DNA of 64,000 bases, taken from the NCBI RefSeq assembly GCF_943369875.1, contig NZ_CALROT020000004.1:101765-165764 (forward strand). Reading direction: 5' to 3'. Below the pieces are notes generated by a model that saw nothing but the letters and a program-made list of their open reading frames with translations, had not been told where the DNA came from and ran no database searches. Position numbers and translations under genes: made by a program. Source of the stretch: Vulcanococcus limneticus LL (GTDB taxonomy: Bacteria > Cyanobacteriota > Cyanobacteriia > PCC-6307 > Cyanobiaceae). Positions 1 to 10,214 of the stretch are shown here, in pieces (position 1 is the stretch's first letter; each line of letters starts with the position of its first letter).

Positions 1-342
1 GTGCTCGATGGCCGCCGCCGATGGGTGCTGCGCTTCCCGGCCGGCCAGCTGCCGCCGGTGAGTGAATTCTGGTCGATCACGATGTACAACCTGCCGCAGC
101 GGTTGCTGGTGGCCAATCCGATCGATCGCTATTCGATCGGCGATCGCACCCAGGGCCTGAAGCTGGGGGCCGATGGCTCCCTGGAGCTCTATCTCCAGCA
201 CGACAATCCCGGCCCCGACAAGGTCTCCAACTGGCTGCCTGCACCGGCTGGCCCCTTCTTCTTCGTGGCCCGTCTCTATGGCCCCGGGGCCACCGCCCTT
301 TCGGGCCAATGGACCCTGCCGGTGCTGGAGGAACGCCGCTAG
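1..342 (+). CDS. DUF1254/DUF1214-family protein, C-terminal part (5' truncated by window edge)
   Basis: LRFPAGQLPPVSEFWSITMY...NPIDRYSIGDRT...NWLPAP.GPF...RLYGP is the typical DUF1214 C-terminal pattern. Confidence 0.8.
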   Translation: MLDGRRRWVLRFPAGQLPPVSEFWSITMYNLPQRLLVANPIDRYSIGDRTQGLKLGADGSLELYLQHDNPGPDKVSNWLPAPAGPFFFVARLYGPGATALSGQWTLPVLEERR

Positions 343-400
343 GCGCCGGGGCCAGGGCCCAGCGGCCAGAGCCCCTGGGGATCGGCTGCGGGCACCCCGC

Positions 401-1210
401 TCAACTCCCCCTGGAGAGCTCCGCCGCCGCCGCCGCATCCACCATCACCCGGAGCCGGGGATGCCGTTGCAGCCAGCTGGCCGGTACGGCGGCCGTGGGG
501 GGCTCCAGCAACGCGCGGCGCAGGATCTCGGCCTTGGCGCCGCCGCTCACCACCAGCAGCAGCTCCTCGGCCTGGAGGATCTCGGCCAGCCCCAGGCTGA
601 TGGCCCAGCGCGGCACCGCCTCCGGATCCCCCCCGAAATCAGCGGCGTTCTGGCGGCGGGTGGCCGGGGCCAGCTCCACAGGGCGGCAGGGGGCCTCGGG
701 GCCGCAGGGGGGCTCGTTGAAGCCCACATGGCCGTTGCTGCCCAGACCCAGCAGCTGCAGGCCGAGGCCGCCGGCGGCGGCGATCGACGCCGCGTAGCGC
801 TGGGCCTCGACCTCCGGATCGGCCGCCAGGCCGTCGGGGAGGCACAGCTGGGCGGGAGCCAGCCCCAGGGGTTCGCCGACGGCGGCGGCCATGGTGGCGG
901 CGAAGGAGCGGGGATCGGCGGGCCCGAGGCCCACGTATTCATCGAGGTTGAAGCTGTGCCAGTGGGCCAGCAGCTCGCGGCGCTCCGCCGCCGGCAGGGC
1001 CGCCAGGTCGTTGCGCAGGGCGGCATAGACGGGCTCCATGGTGCGACCGGTGGCGAGCCCCAGGGGGCGCCGGCTCAGGCCGCGGGCACGATCCCGCAGG
1101 GCCCCGAGCAGCCGCGCGGCCACCCGCCGGCCCAGGGCCTCGGGCCCCGGCTCCACGGCCAGGCGGATGGGAGCGGCCGTGGGGCCGAGCTCCAGGCTGG
1201 TGCCGGGCAT
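401..1210 (-). CDS. nagB: Glucosamine-6-phosphate deaminase
   Basis: LGLATGRT, FNLDEYVGL, LLGLGSNGHVGFNEP motifs; ATG at 1210 overlaps the upstream stop (TGATG). Confidence 0.9.
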   Translation of the reverse strand: MPGTSLELGPTAAPIRLAVEPGPEALGRRVAARLLGALRDRARGLSRRPLGLATGRTMEPVYAALRNDLAALPAAERRELLAHWHSFNLDEYVGLGPADPRSFAATMAAAVGEPLGLAPAQLCLPDGLAADPEVEAQRYAASIAAAGGLGLQLLGLGSNGHVGFNEPPCGPEAPCRPVELAPATRRQNAADFGGDPEAVPRWAISLGLAEILQAEELLLVVSGGAKAEILRRALLEPPTAAVPASWLQRHPRLRVMVDAAAAAELSRGS

Positions 1211-2808
1211 CAGCGCCGTCCGCCGACCGGCAGCGCCGTGGCCGTGGAGCCGCTGTCGTCGCGGCTCTCCACTCCCGTGGCCAGGGCCAGGCCGGGCACC
1301 TCGGTGTAGGGCTGCAGGCGGGCACCGCGGTAGTAGTGGCGCAGGATCTGCTCGAAGCCGGTGCCCCGGCTGGCCATCGCAAAGGCCCCCCACTGGCTCA
1401 TGCCGACCCCATGGCCGAAGCCCCGGCCCACGGCCACCAGCAGCTGGGGAGCCGGTGGCGCCGCGGGCATCCCCCCGGCCACCGGTAACGGCAGGGGCTG
1501 GGGGGCGTCCAGCGGCGCCTGGGCGGGCAGGGTCAGGGCGCCGGCGCCCGCCGGGAGCGGGCCCGCCTCCAGACCCGGCAGCGACAGCGCCGTGGGGCCA
1601 GGCAGCAGCGGCTGCAGCTCAAAGCGCACGAAGGTGCTCTTCAGCCCCAGGCGGGTGCGCAGCTGAGGGCCCGTGAGCACCAGCTGGCCGGCGGGGCCCA
1701 CCACCCGCGCCTGCCTGACGCGACCGCTGGGGGTGGTGGCCAGCACCTGGATCGCCGCCGCCCCGCCGATCTCGGCGAAGGCCTGGCGCAGCTGGGCCGG
1801 ATCCAGGGGCTGGCGCCACTCCCGCACTGGGGAGGTCTGGTCGAAATCCGGCACGCTCACCAGGTAGGGCAGCTGGCGGGGCCAGAGGTCGCCGCTGCTT
1901 TCGGTGACGCCGCCGGCGCTGCTGTGGAACACCGCGTCGATCAGGCTGTCGCCGTAGGTGAGCACCAGGCCGCGGGTGTCGGCCACGGCGGCGCGGGTCG
2001 AGGCGGTCTCCGCCTCCAGACCCTTGTACATCTGGCTGGCGACGGTGGCCTTGAGGTCGTAGGCGGCCCCGGGCTTGCGGCCCTTGAGGGCGTAGGTGCG
2101 GGCCGCCACCGCCTGGGCCCGCAGGGCCTCCAGGGGCCAGCTGGCCGGCATCTCGCTGCCCACCACACTGGGCAGGTAGGTCTCGAGCGGCAGCACGTTG
2201 ATCGCCTGCAGCTGCTCATTGACCGGCCGGATCTGCAGGCGGCCGCGGTAGCGGCGCTTCTGCAGCCACAGGGCCGGATCGGAGTCGGCCGCGGGCACCG
2301 ACTCCAGCCAGAGCTCGCTGAGCCGCAGGGGCATCTGGAGCGGCTCGGGCTCGGGGCTGGGCCCGGCACCGGTGCGCTCGCCGGCCCCGGCGGCCCCCGC
2401 GGCCGGGTCGGGCCCCGGCAGCGCAGCCGCTGCCGCCACCACGACGGGATCCGGCTCCGCCTCCACCAGGCCGGCCCGCCAGCGCAGCCGCAGCGGCCGC
2501 TCGCCCGAGATCACCAGCAGGGCCTTGCCGCGGCCATCGCGCAGGCGCAGGCGGGTGGCGCCAGCGGCCCGCACCGTCAGGGCCGGACCCTCCTGCAGCA
2601 ACACCCGCAGCTCGGGGGAAGGAGCCTCCACCCGGCGCCCCGCGGCCCGGGCCGGATCCGGCGCCAGCAGAACCGGTGGCACCAGCGGGGCCAGCAGGGC
2701 CAGGCCCGCCAGGGGCGCCGCCAGAGCAGCAACCCTGCCCAGGGGCCAGGGCCAGGCCTTGGCGGCAGGGCGTCCTGCATGGCGCCGTGGGTCGCGCTGG
2801 CTCGGCAT
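1210..2808 (-). CDS. SpoIID/LytB domain protein (putative lytic transglycosylase or amidase enhancer)
   Basis: LETYLPSVVGSEMPASWPLEALRAQAVAARTYAL and GRGFGHGVGMSQWGA motifs; N-terminal hydrophobic segment; start chosen at MPSQRD. Confidence 0.9.
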   Translation of the reverse strand: MPSQRDPRRHAGRPAAKAWPWPLGRVAALAAPLAGLALLAPLVPPVLLAPDPARAAGRRVEAPSPELRVLLQEGPALTVRAAGATRLRLRDGRGKALLVISGERPLRLRWRAGLVEAEPDPVVVAAAAALPGPDPAAGAAGAGERTGAGPSPEPEPLQMPLRLSELWLESVPAADSDPALWLQKRRYRGRLQIRPVNEQLQAINVLPLETYLPSVVGSEMPASWPLEALRAQAVAARTYALKGRKPGAAYDLKATVASQMYKGLEAETASTRAAVADTRGLVLTYGDSLIDAVFHSSAGGVTESSGDLWPRQLPYLVSVPDFDQTSPVREWRQPLDPAQLRQAFAEIGGAAAIQVLATTPSGRVRQARVVGPAGQLVLTGPQLRTRLGLKSTFVRFELQPLLPGPTALSLPGLEAGPLPAGAGALTLPAQAPLDAPQPLPLPVAGGMPAAPPAPQLLVAVGRGFGHGVGMSQWGAFAMASRGTGFEQILRHYYRGARLQPYTEVPGLALATGVESRDDSGSTATALPVGGRR

Positions 2809-2951
2809 GCGGCTGGGCCTATCCCTGGTTGGCAGACCATTGTGGACGCCGCCACCGGGGGGCGCCAGGGGGCCGGCACGGCAAGGCGGCCCCAGCGCCC
2901 CGCCGCGGCGTGGGAGCATGCCCCTGAGAGCATCAGGGAGATCCACCGGCC

Positions 2952-3980
2952 GTGCAGGTCACCTTCCTGGGCACCAGCTCCGGCGTTCCCACCCGCTCCC
3001 GCAATGTGTCGGCGGTGGCCCTGCGGCTGCCCCAGAGGGCTGAGCTGTGGCTGTTCGACTGCGGCGAGGGCACCCAGCACCAGTTCCTGCGCAGCGAGCT
3101 GCGGGTGAGCCAGCTGAGCCGGATCTTCATCACCCACATGCACGGCGACCACGTGTTCGGCCTGCCGGGGCTGCTGGCCAGCCTGGGGCTGGCGGGCACC
3201 TGCAGCGGCATCGACCTCTACGGCCCCGACCCGCTGCGCGACTACCTGGAGGGGGTGCTGCGCACCAGCTCCACCCGCATCGGCTACCCGCTGCGCAGCC
3301 ACCGGGTGAAGGAGGCGGCCAAGAGCGGCGCCCTGCTGCTCGACGACGATGACATCACCGTGCGCTGCACCCCCCTGACCCACCGGGTGCCGGCCTACGC
3401 CTACCGGGTGGACCAGAAGCCCCGGGCCGGGCGCTTCGCCGTGGAGCAGGCCAAGGCGCTGGGCATCCCCCCGGGTCCGATCTATGCCGAGCTGAAGGCC
3501 GGCCGCACGGTGACCCTGGAGGACGGCCGCATCATCAACGGCGCCAGCCTCTGCGGCCCCGAGCGCCCCGGCTGCAGCCTCGTGTACTGCACCGACACCG
3601 TGTTCAGCGAGGCGGCGGTGGAGCTGGCCGCCGGCGCGGACCTGCTGATCCACGAGAGCACCTTCGCCCACGCCGAGGCGGAGATGGCCTTCCAGCGCCA
3701 GCACTCCACCAGCACCATGGCGGCCCAGACCGCCCTGGCCGCCGGCGTGAAGCAGCTGGCCCTCACCCACCTGAGCCCCCGCTACATGCCGGGCAACGCC
3801 GTGACCCCCGACGACCTGCTGGCCGAGGCGCGGGCGATCTTCCCCAACACCCTGCTGGCCAAGGACTTCCTCAGCCTCGAGCTGGCCGCCCCGGAGCCCG
3901 AAGCCGGCACGCCCCAGGCGGCCGACGCCGCGGCAGCCCCCCGCGCCACCGCCAGCGCGGGCACCAGCTCCAGCCCCTGA
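2952..3980 (+). CDS. rnz: Ribonuclease Z
   Basis: [27 protein letters not shown] metallo-beta-lactamase motif, HESTF, HST, THLSPRY. Confidence 0.96.
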   Translation: MQVTFLGTSSGVPTRSRNVSAVALRLPQRAELWLFDCGEGTQHQFLRSELRVSQLSRIFITHMHGDHVFGLPGLLASLGLAGTCSGIDLYGPDPLRDYLEGVLRTSSTRIGYPLRSHRVKEAAKSGALLLDDDDITVRCTPLTHRVPAYAYRVDQKPRAGRFAVEQAKALGIPPGPIYAELKAGRTVTLEDGRIINGASLCGPERPGCSLVYCTDTVFSEAAVELAAGADLLIHESTFAHAEAEMAFQRQHSTSTMAAQTALAAGVKQLALTHLSPRYMPGNAVTPDDLLAEARAIFPNTLLAKDFLSLELAAPEPEAGTPQAADAAAAPRATASAGTSSSP

Positions 3981-4101
3981 GTCCCGGGGCCGGCGGGGCC
4001 TGCCCCGGGCGGCTCCAGGCCTGTGGCTGCAACACTTCGTGATTGCCTTCCTGATTCCGTCCCGGGGGGCCCTTCCCCCGTGATACAAGGGCTCAGGTGC
4101 G

Positions 4102-4644
4102 GTGATGACCGCCTACTTGCCGGCTTTTTCCATGGCCTCTTTCTTCTCCTCCGCGCGTCGGGTCCTGACCCGGGCTCTGCTGGTTCTGCCCCTGGCCCTG
4201 TTGGTCTGTTTCGCCGGTGCGGCCAACGCCGCCCAGTGGACCGCGGAGCAGCTCACGGTGCCCGCCGGGCCCGACGGCTCCCTGGTCACCTTCAGCGAAC
4301 AGGAGATCAAGGCCGGTCGCAAGGTCTTCAACAGCAGCTGCGGTGAGTGCCACGCCGGCGGCATCACCAAGACCAACCACAACGTGGGCCTCGACCCCGA
4401 GACCCTGGCCCTGGCCACCCCCGCCCGCGACAACGTCGACGCCCTCGTCGACTACCTCAAGGACCCCACCTCCTATGACGGGGAATACAGCATCTCGGAC
4501 GTGCACCCGAGCCTGCGCAGCAGCGACGTGTTCGTGAAGATGCGCGATCTCGATGACGAGGATCTGCGCCTGATCGCCGGCTACATCCTGGTGGCCCCCA
4601 AGGTGCAGGGCCTCCAGTGGGGCGGCGGCAAGATCTACTTCTGA
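4102..4644 (+). CDS. psbV: Photosystem II cytochrome c550
   Basis: Signal peptide, CGECH heme motif, TKTNHNVGL, WGGGKIYF C-terminus. Confidence 0.97.
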   Translation: MMTAYLPAFSMASFFSSARRVLTRALLVLPLALLVCFAGAANAAQWTAEQLTVPAGPDGSLVTFSEQEIKAGRKVFNSSCGECHAGGITKTNHNVGLDPETLALATPARDNVDALVDYLKDPTSYDGEYSISDVHPSLRSSDVFVKMRDLDDEDLRLIAGYILVAPKVQGLQWGGGKIYF

Positions 4645-4691
4645 TCGCCAGCCAGGTCTCCGGGTTGATCCCGGAGCCAACGTTCCACCCA

Positions 4692-4717
4692 GGGGGGCTC
4701 AGCAGAGCCCCCTTTTT
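4692..4717 (+). terminator. Rho-independent terminator after psbV
   Basis: GGGGGCTC-AGCA-GAGCCCCC followed by TTTTT; a second hairpin CTCCGGG-TTGAT-CCCGGAG lies just upstream (~4658-4676). Confidence 0.8.
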
Positions 4718-4733
4718 CATGGCCGTCGGAGGC

Positions 4734-5213
4734 TCACTCCACCGGGGCCGGGGGTGCCACGTTGGCAGGGTCGAGGGAGTGCGGGTGCTTGCTGTACCAC
4801 CACTCCTGCAGGGGGCCCTGCAGCCGCTGGGAGAACAGGGTGAGCACGGTGCGGGTGGGCCGGGAGCCCGGCTGCAGCAGCTCCACGACGTAGGAGGGGC
4901 AGCGTCGGGCGGCCAGGTCGGGCACGAAGCGCCGACCGATCCGGCGCCAGCTGGGCTCCTTGCTGCGCCAGGCCAGGCGGCAGCAGGGCCAGGGCAGCTC
5001 CTCGCGGTCGAACAGCCGGCAGCAGGGGCCCAGCACCCGGAAGCTGTACTGCCCGCCAGGGCTGGTGTGCTCGCTGCCGGGCGCGAACAGCTCCCGCACC
5101 TGGGCAGGGGAGGAGCCGGATGGAGCCAGAGCCACGGCAGTTTGCGCGAATCGTCGGGGGAGGCCCCGAAGGGCGGGTGACAAAAAAGCCACCCCGCAGG
5201 GTGGCCGAGTCAC
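4734..5213 (-). CDS. Conserved picocyanobacterial hypothetical protein (true start probably downstream of 5213)
   Basis: Ordered non-shadow sequence GGQYSFRVLGPCCRLFDREELPWPCCRLAWRSKEPSWRRIGRRF between psbV and petF; the 5' part of the ORF overlaps the petF terminator. Confidence 0.6.
   Translation of the reverse strand: MTRPPCGVAFLSPALRGLPRRFAQTAVALAPSGSSPAQVRELFAPGSEHTSPGGQYSFRVLGPCCRLFDREELPWPCCRLAWRSKEPSWRRIGRRFVPDLAARRCPSYVVELLQPGSRPTRTVLTLFSQRLQGPLQEWWYSKHPHSLDPANVAPPAPVE
5182..5205 (-). terminator. Rho-independent terminator downstream of petF
   Basis: AAAAAA-GCCACCC-CGCA-GGGTGGC on + strand, i.e. hairpin plus U-tract on - strand. Confidence 0.75.
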
Positions 5214-5276
5214 TGAAAGCGAGTAACGAGAGCCATCAAGGCCGCCCCAGGGGGGAGGCTGGATGGCTCAAGGAGC

Positions 5277-5576
5277 TCAGTACAGCTCTTCTTCGGCGTG
5301 GGTCTTGATGGTGACGTCGCTGGTGGGGTAGGCGACGCAGGTCAGCACGAAGCCGGCCTCGATCTGATCGTCGTCCAGGAAGCTCTGGTCCGACTGGTCC
5401 ACGGTGCCGGAGACCAGCTTGCCGGCGCAGGTGCTGCAGGCACCGGCACGGCAGGAGTAGGGGAGGTCGATGCCCTGCTCCTCAGCGGCGTCGAGGATGT
5501 ACTGGTCGTCAGGAACCTCGATGGTCTTGTTGAGGCCTTCGCTCTCGCTGATGAGGGTGACCTTATAGGAAGCCAT
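5277..5576 (-). CDS. petF: Plant-type 2Fe-2S ferredoxin
   Basis: [17 protein letters not shown]...VLTCVAYP. Confidence 0.98.
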   Translation of the reverse strand: MASYKVTLISESEGLNKTIEVPDDQYILDAAEEQGIDLPYSCRAGACSTCAGKLVSGTVDQSDQSFLDDDQIEAGFVLTCVAYPTSDVTIKTHAEEELY

Positions 5577-5751
5577 GGAAGGGATTGGGGCTCACGGAAC
5601 CTGGAGAATTCCCCGGGTCCGTAGGACCGCCCCTTCCTACATCCGCCGGGGTGGCTTCCTGGGGATCTGGGCACCAGAAGCCGGGAAGCCCAATCAAAGG
5701 GTGGGCACAGATCAGCGTGCCTTATGCAACACCGGCAGGCCCAGGCCGCGG

Positions 5752-6687
5752 CTAGGCGGCCGGGGCGGCGCGCCGGATCGTCATCAGGCCCCACTGGCTC
5801 TGCTGGGCCGTGAGCTCCGCCTGCCAGCCCTCGGCGGCCAGGGCCGCCTGCAGCCCCGGGGCCTGGTCCACAAGCAGGCCACTGAGCAGCCCGACGCCGC
5901 TGGGCGCCAGCACCGTGTGGAAGGCCGGGCAGAGGGCCTCGATCACCGGCGCCAGGATGTTGCAGAGCAGCAGGTCGGCGGGCTCCCCCGCCAGCAGCTC
6001 CGCCAGGGCCTCCACCGAGCCCAGGGCCACCGTCAGCCGGTCCTGGAAGCCGCTCACGGCGGCGTTGTCGCGGGTGGCGCGCACCGCCAGGGAATCGGTG
6101 TCGGACGCGGCCACCGTGGCGGCCCCCTGGAGCAGGGCGGCGATGCCGAGGATGCCGCTGCCGCAGCCCAGATCCGCCACCCGGATGGGGCCCAGGTCGG
6201 GGGCCCCATCGCCGCCGCGCTCGGCCGCCAGGGCCTCCAGCGCCTCCAGGCAGAGGCGGGTGGTGGGGTGACTGCCGGTGCCGAAGGCGCTGCCGGGGTC
6301 CATGCGGATCACCAGCCGATCGGCGTGCTCAGGGGGCAGCTCCAGCCAGGCGGGCAGGATCAGCAGCCGCTCCCCCACCGGATCGGCCTGCCAGTGCTGC
6401 TTCCAGCTCAGGCTCCAGTCCTCGTCGGCCTGCTGCTGCCACTGGATCGGGGGCAGCGCCAGGCCGAAGGTGGCGGCCAGGGGCGCCAGGGCCTGCTCCA
6501 GCTGGGCCCGCTCGGCCTCGGGCCAGTCGGCCTCCGGCAACCAGGCCAGCAGGGTGCGCTGCTCGGGCGCCTCAGGGCGGTGCCGCACGGCCACCCGCGG
6601 GATGCCGAGGGCGTTGAGCTTCCAGAGCAGCGATTCCTCCAGCTCCGGGAGCGCCGGCAGCTCCAGCCGCCACCAGGACAGGGACAT
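5752..6687 (-). CDS. prmA: Ribosomal protein L11 methyltransferase
   Basis: DPGSAFGTGSHPTTRLCL, DLGCGSGIL, CNILAPV. Confidence 0.95.
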   Translation of the reverse strand: MSLSWWRLELPALPELEESLLWKLNALGIPRVAVRHRPEAPEQRTLLAWLPEADWPEAERAQLEQALAPLAATFGLALPPIQWQQQADEDWSLSWKQHWQADPVGERLLILPAWLELPPEHADRLVIRMDPGSAFGTGSHPTTRLCLEALEALAAERGGDGAPDLGPIRVADLGCGSGILGIAALLQGAATVAASDTDSLAVRATRDNAAVSGFQDRLTVALGSVEALAELLAGEPADLLLCNILAPVIEALCPAFHTVLAPSGVGLLSGLLVDQAPGLQAALAAEGWQAELTAQQSQWGLMTIRRAAPAA

Positions 6688-6812
6688 GGCCGAGAGGGGC
6701 AAGGGATGGGATGGCGGGCCAGGGGGCCGGAGCCCCGCGGCCGTGGCCCCCTTGTGAGCCGCCGGCCCCGCCAGGGCTCGGGGCCAGGACCGGGGCCGTC
6801 AGAGCAAAGGGC

Positions 6813-8399
6813 TCAGAGGGTCACGGGATGGGCTTCCTGGATGCCGTTGATCTGGTTGATCGTGGCCAGCAGGCTGGGGGGGATCGGATCGTCCACGCTC
6901 AGCACCATCACGGCGTCGCCGCGCACGATGCGACGGCCCACCTGCATCGAGGCGATGTTCACGTTGTGCTCGCCGAGCACGGAGCCCAGCTGGCCGATGA
7001 TGCCGGGCATGTCCCGGTGGCGGGTGAACAGCATGTGGCGGCTCGGGGCCACGTTCACCGGGAACTCATCGATGGTGATGATGCGCAGCTCGCCGTCGGC
7101 GAACACGGCCCCGGTCACGCAGTGGTTGCCCTGGGGGCTGCGGGACACGAGCTGCAGCGAGCCACCGGCGAAGTCGCGGCTGGCGTCGTCCTTCACCTCC
7201 AGCACGTGGATGCCGCGCTCCTTGGCCTCGAGGCTGGCGTTCACGTAGTTGATGCTGTCGCCCAGGGCGGTGGAGAGCAGGCCCTTGAGGGCGGCGATCA
7301 CCAGGGGCTGGGCCGGATGGGCGGCGAACTCGCCCTGCAGCCGCACCTCCAGCTCGCTGATCTGGCCGCCGGCCAGCTGGCTGATCAGCTGTCCCAGGGT
7401 CTCGGCCAGCTGCAGGTGGGGCTTGAGCTGCTCCATCACCTCGGCGTTGAGGCCGGGGATGTTCACGGCACTGCGGGCGGGCAGGCCCAGCAGCACATCG
7501 CGGATCTGCTCGGCCACGTCGATGGCCACGTTCTCCTGGGCCTCCTCGGTGCTGGCGCCCAGGTGGGGGGTGAGGATCAGCCGCTCGGCCACGCCGCGCA
7601 GGGCCGAATCGGCCTCCAGGGGCTCCTTGGCGTACACGTCGAGGGCGGCGCCGGCGATCACGCCGTTCTGCACGGCCTCGGCCAGGGCGGCCTCGTCGAT
7701 GATGCCGCCGCGGGCGCAGTTCACGAGGCGCGCCGTGGGCTTCATCGTCTTCAGCAGCTCGGCGTTCACCAGGTTCTCGGTGTCCGGCGTGCGGGGCAGG
7801 TGCAGGCTCACGTAGTCCGCCTCGGCGAACAGGGCCGGCAGGGGCAGCAGCCGCACCTGCATCTGCTGGGCGCGCTCCGCCGACACGAACGGGTCGTAGG
7901 CCACCACCTCCATGCCCATGGCCCGGGCTACGCGGGCCACGTGGGAGCCGATCTTGCCCAAGCCCACCACGCCGAGCTTCTTCTTGTAGAGCTCGTTGCC
8001 GACGTATTTCTTGCGGTCCCAGCCGCCGGCCATGGTGCTGGCGTGGGCGTGGGGCACGTGGCGCGACAGCGAGAGCATCAGGGCCAGGGCGTGCTCAGCC
8101 GCGGCGATGGTGTTGCCCTCGGGCGAATTCACCACGATCACGCCGCGCTTGGTGGCGGCGGGCACATCGACGTTGTCGACCCCCACACCGGCGCGGCCGA
8201 TGATCCGCAGCTTGTCGGCGGCCTCGATGATGTCGGCCGTCACGGTGGTGCCGGAGCGGATCATCAGGGCGTCGTACTCGCCGATGATCGCCTTGAGCTG
8301 CTCGGGCGGCAGGCCCGTGCGCACGTCCACCTGGGCCACCTGCGACAGGATGTCGATCCCTGTCTGATCGATGGGGTCGGAAACCAGAACCTTCGTCAT
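6813..8399 (-). CDS. serA: D-3-phosphoglycerate dehydrogenase
   Basis: IIGRAGVGVDNVD, GLGKIGS, NCARGGI, TPHLGAST, C-terminal ACT domain (DMPGIIG). Confidence 0.98.
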   Translation of the reverse strand: MTKVLVSDPIDQTGIDILSQVAQVDVRTGLPPEQLKAIIGEYDALMIRSGTTVTADIIEAADKLRIIGRAGVGVDNVDVPAATKRGVIVVNSPEGNTIAAAEHALALMLSLSRHVPHAHASTMAGGWDRKKYVGNELYKKKLGVVGLGKIGSHVARVARAMGMEVVAYDPFVSAERAQQMQVRLLPLPALFAEADYVSLHLPRTPDTENLVNAELLKTMKPTARLVNCARGGIIDEAALAEAVQNGVIAGAALDVYAKEPLEADSALRGVAERLILTPHLGASTEEAQENVAIDVAEQIRDVLLGLPARSAVNIPGLNAEVMEQLKPHLQLAETLGQLISQLAGGQISELEVRLQGEFAAHPAQPLVIAALKGLLSTALGDSINYVNASLEAKERGIHVLEVKDDASRDFAGGSLQLVSRSPQGNHCVTGAVFADGELRIITIDEFPVNVAPSRHMLFTRHRDMPGIIGQLGSVLGEHNVNIASMQVGRRIVRGDAVMVLSVDDPIPPSLLATINQINGIQEAHPVTL

Positions 8400-8524
8400 G
8401 ACCCGGCGGGGTGGGGGCGGCGGGAGGTGCAGTGTAGAGAGCGGCCCTCAGGCGGCCCCCGCGCGCGGCGCCCCCGGGGCCCCGGGGGCGTGGAGAATCA
8501 GGGCGGTCGCCTGCGGAGCGTCGG

Positions 8525-9028
8525 TTGGGAAACAGCGTGGTGGTGGTGCTCTCGGAGCGCAAGCGGCTGCGGCAGCTGCGGGATCAGCTGGCCGCCATGA
8601 CGCCGCCGCCGCTGCGGCTGCTGGCCATCGGCACGGGCGAAGAGCCGGTGGAGGCGGTGCCGGAGCTCAACCCCAAGCTCTCCCGCCAGCTGCGGCAGCG
8701 CAGCATGGCCCGCTGGCTGCTGCCCTTCGGCTTCCTGGCCGGCCTCACCTTCACCTTCATCACCGACCTCGACACCTTCGCCTTCGCCGGCCCGGTGGGC
8801 TCCCACCTGATCGGCGGCCTGCTGGGGCTGGGCTCGGGCTTCATGGGCAGCTTCGCCGCGGCCGCCAGCGTCAGCTCCGACCTGGACGACCGGGTGCGGG
8901 CCCTGCGCAACCGGCTCGAGGAGGGCAACTGGCTGCTGCTGGTGGAGATCGCCTCGGGCCTGGAGATGCCCTGGACCACCCTGCAGTCCGCCAAGCCCAA
9001 GGCCCTGGTGCGCCTCAACGACTTCTGA
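8525..9028 (+). CDS. Hypothetical membrane protein (two TM helices)
   Basis: TTG-start ORF with host codon usage, two hydrophobic segments (WLLPFGFLAGLTFTFI; LIGGLLGLGSGFMGSFAAA), ending 10 bp before the next gene. Confidence 0.7.
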   Translation: MGNSVVVVLSERKRLRQLRDQLAAMTPPPLRLLAIGTGEEPVEAVPELNPKLSRQLRQRSMARWLLPFGFLAGLTFTFITDLDTFAFAGPVGSHLIGGLLGLGSGFMGSFAAAASVSSDLDDRVRALRNRLEEGNWLLLVEIASGLEMPWTTLQSAKPKALVRLNDF

Positions 9029-9038
9029 CGCCCCCGCC

Positions 9039-9899
9039 ATGCTGCCCCGCGAGGACCTGCTCCAAGGAAGCCGCCGGCCCGAGGAGCTGGCCGCCCTGAT
9101 CGATCAGGCCGAGCAGGCCCTGCGCACCTGGCAGCCGGTGTGGACCGGCTTCGTGGCGGCGGACCTGCGCGAGGAGGCCGACCGGCGGCTGGGCAGCCTG
9201 AGCGAACTGACCCTGAACTCGGCGGGCGGCTGGCCCCAGGCCGAGCGGAGGCGCCTGCTGCTGCAGCGGGCCGAGCTGGCGGCGGCCCCTCAGACGGCGG
9301 CCCCTCATGGCAGCGCCGAGACCAGGGGCAGTGCCGAGACCAGCCCGGCGGACGGCGCGGCCCACGCGGAAGAGGCCGCCCCGCTGATGGGCCTGGTGGT
9401 GAGCGGCAACTTCCTGTTCGACCCCGCCGAACCCGGCGACGTGCGGGACGGCCTGCTGGCCGCCGGAGCCGAACCGGGCGAGCTCGGCGACATCTGGATC
9501 CGCGGCGATCGCGGCGCCCAGCTGATCGTCACGCCCGAGCTGGCCGCCCGCCTGCACGGCCAGCCGGCCCGGGTGCGCACGGTGGAGGTGCAGCTGGAGG
9601 CGCTGCCGGTGGAGCAGCTGCAGTTGCCGGCCCAGCGGCAGCCCAAGCAGCTCAGCAGCGTGGAGGCCTCGCTGCGGCTCGATGCGGTGGGGTCGGCGGG
9701 CTTCGGGCTGTCCCGCAGCCGCATGGCGGAGCTGGTGCGCAGCGGCGCCGTGCGCCTCAACTGGCAACCGGTGAGCAGCCCCAGCAAGGAGCTGGCGGTG
9801 GGCGATCGGCTGCGGCTGGAGGGGCGCGGCGAACTGGAGCTGCTGGAGGTGCAGCCCACCAAGCGCGAGCGCTGGCGGGTGGTGCTGCGGCGCAGCTGA
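9039..9899 (+). CDS. Photosystem II S4-domain protein (YlmH/Sll1252-like)
   Basis: GNFLFDPA, GDRGAQ, S4 motif SLRLDAVGSAGFGLSRSRM...VRLNW. Confidence 0.9.
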   Translation: MLPREDLLQGSRRPEELAALIDQAEQALRTWQPVWTGFVAADLREEADRRLGSLSELTLNSAGGWPQAERRRLLLQRAELAAAPQTAAPHGSAETRGSAETSPADGAAHAEEAAPLMGLVVSGNFLFDPAEPGDVRDGLLAAGAEPGELGDIWIRGDRGAQLIVTPELAARLHGQPARVRTVEVQLEALPVEQLQLPAQRQPKQLSSVEASLRLDAVGSAGFGLSRSRMAELVRSGAVRLNWQPVSSPSKELAVGDRLRLEGRGELELLEVQPTKRERWRVVLRRS

Positions 9900-10090
9900 G
9901 CGCACGGGCCCGGGGCCGTCGGCTGTGGGCCCGTGCCGCGAGAGGCGAGGACCGCCGGATTGGGCCCGATGGCCTGGCGCCTCCTGGCGCGGCTGTTGGG
10001 GCAGCTGTTGGCGCTGCTGTTGGGGCGGAAGCCGGACTGCTAAGTTGCTCGGACTGCGGCACTCCTGTGGAGCCTGCCGATCAGTGCCAC

Positions 10091-10162
10091 GGGCGATTAG
10101 CTCAGAGGTAGAGCACTACCTTGACACGGTAGGAGTCACTGGTTCGATTCCAGTATCGCCCA
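10091..10162 (+). tRNA. trnV: tRNA-Val (GAC)
   Basis: GGGCGATTAGCTCAG...CTACC-TT-GAC-AC-GGTAG anticodon arm...GGTTCGATTCC T-arm...ATCGCCCA; CCA not encoded. Confidence 0.97.
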
Positions 10163-10214
10163 CTTTTTTCAGTCAACGCCTACACGGCCTCTCGTCATTC
10201 CGAGCGCCTGAACA

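Noticed and set aside
9309-9344. Tandem 18-bp duplication (GSAETR/GSAETS) in the S4-domain gene, and the triple repeat in gpmI
   Set aside because: In-frame low-complexity linker expansions with no spacers; not CRISPR and unlikely to be functional.
10091-10162. tRNA-Val as a possible integration site
   Set aside because: Flanked by core genes (S4-domain protein, murD); no duplicated 3' end or integrase seen in the window.
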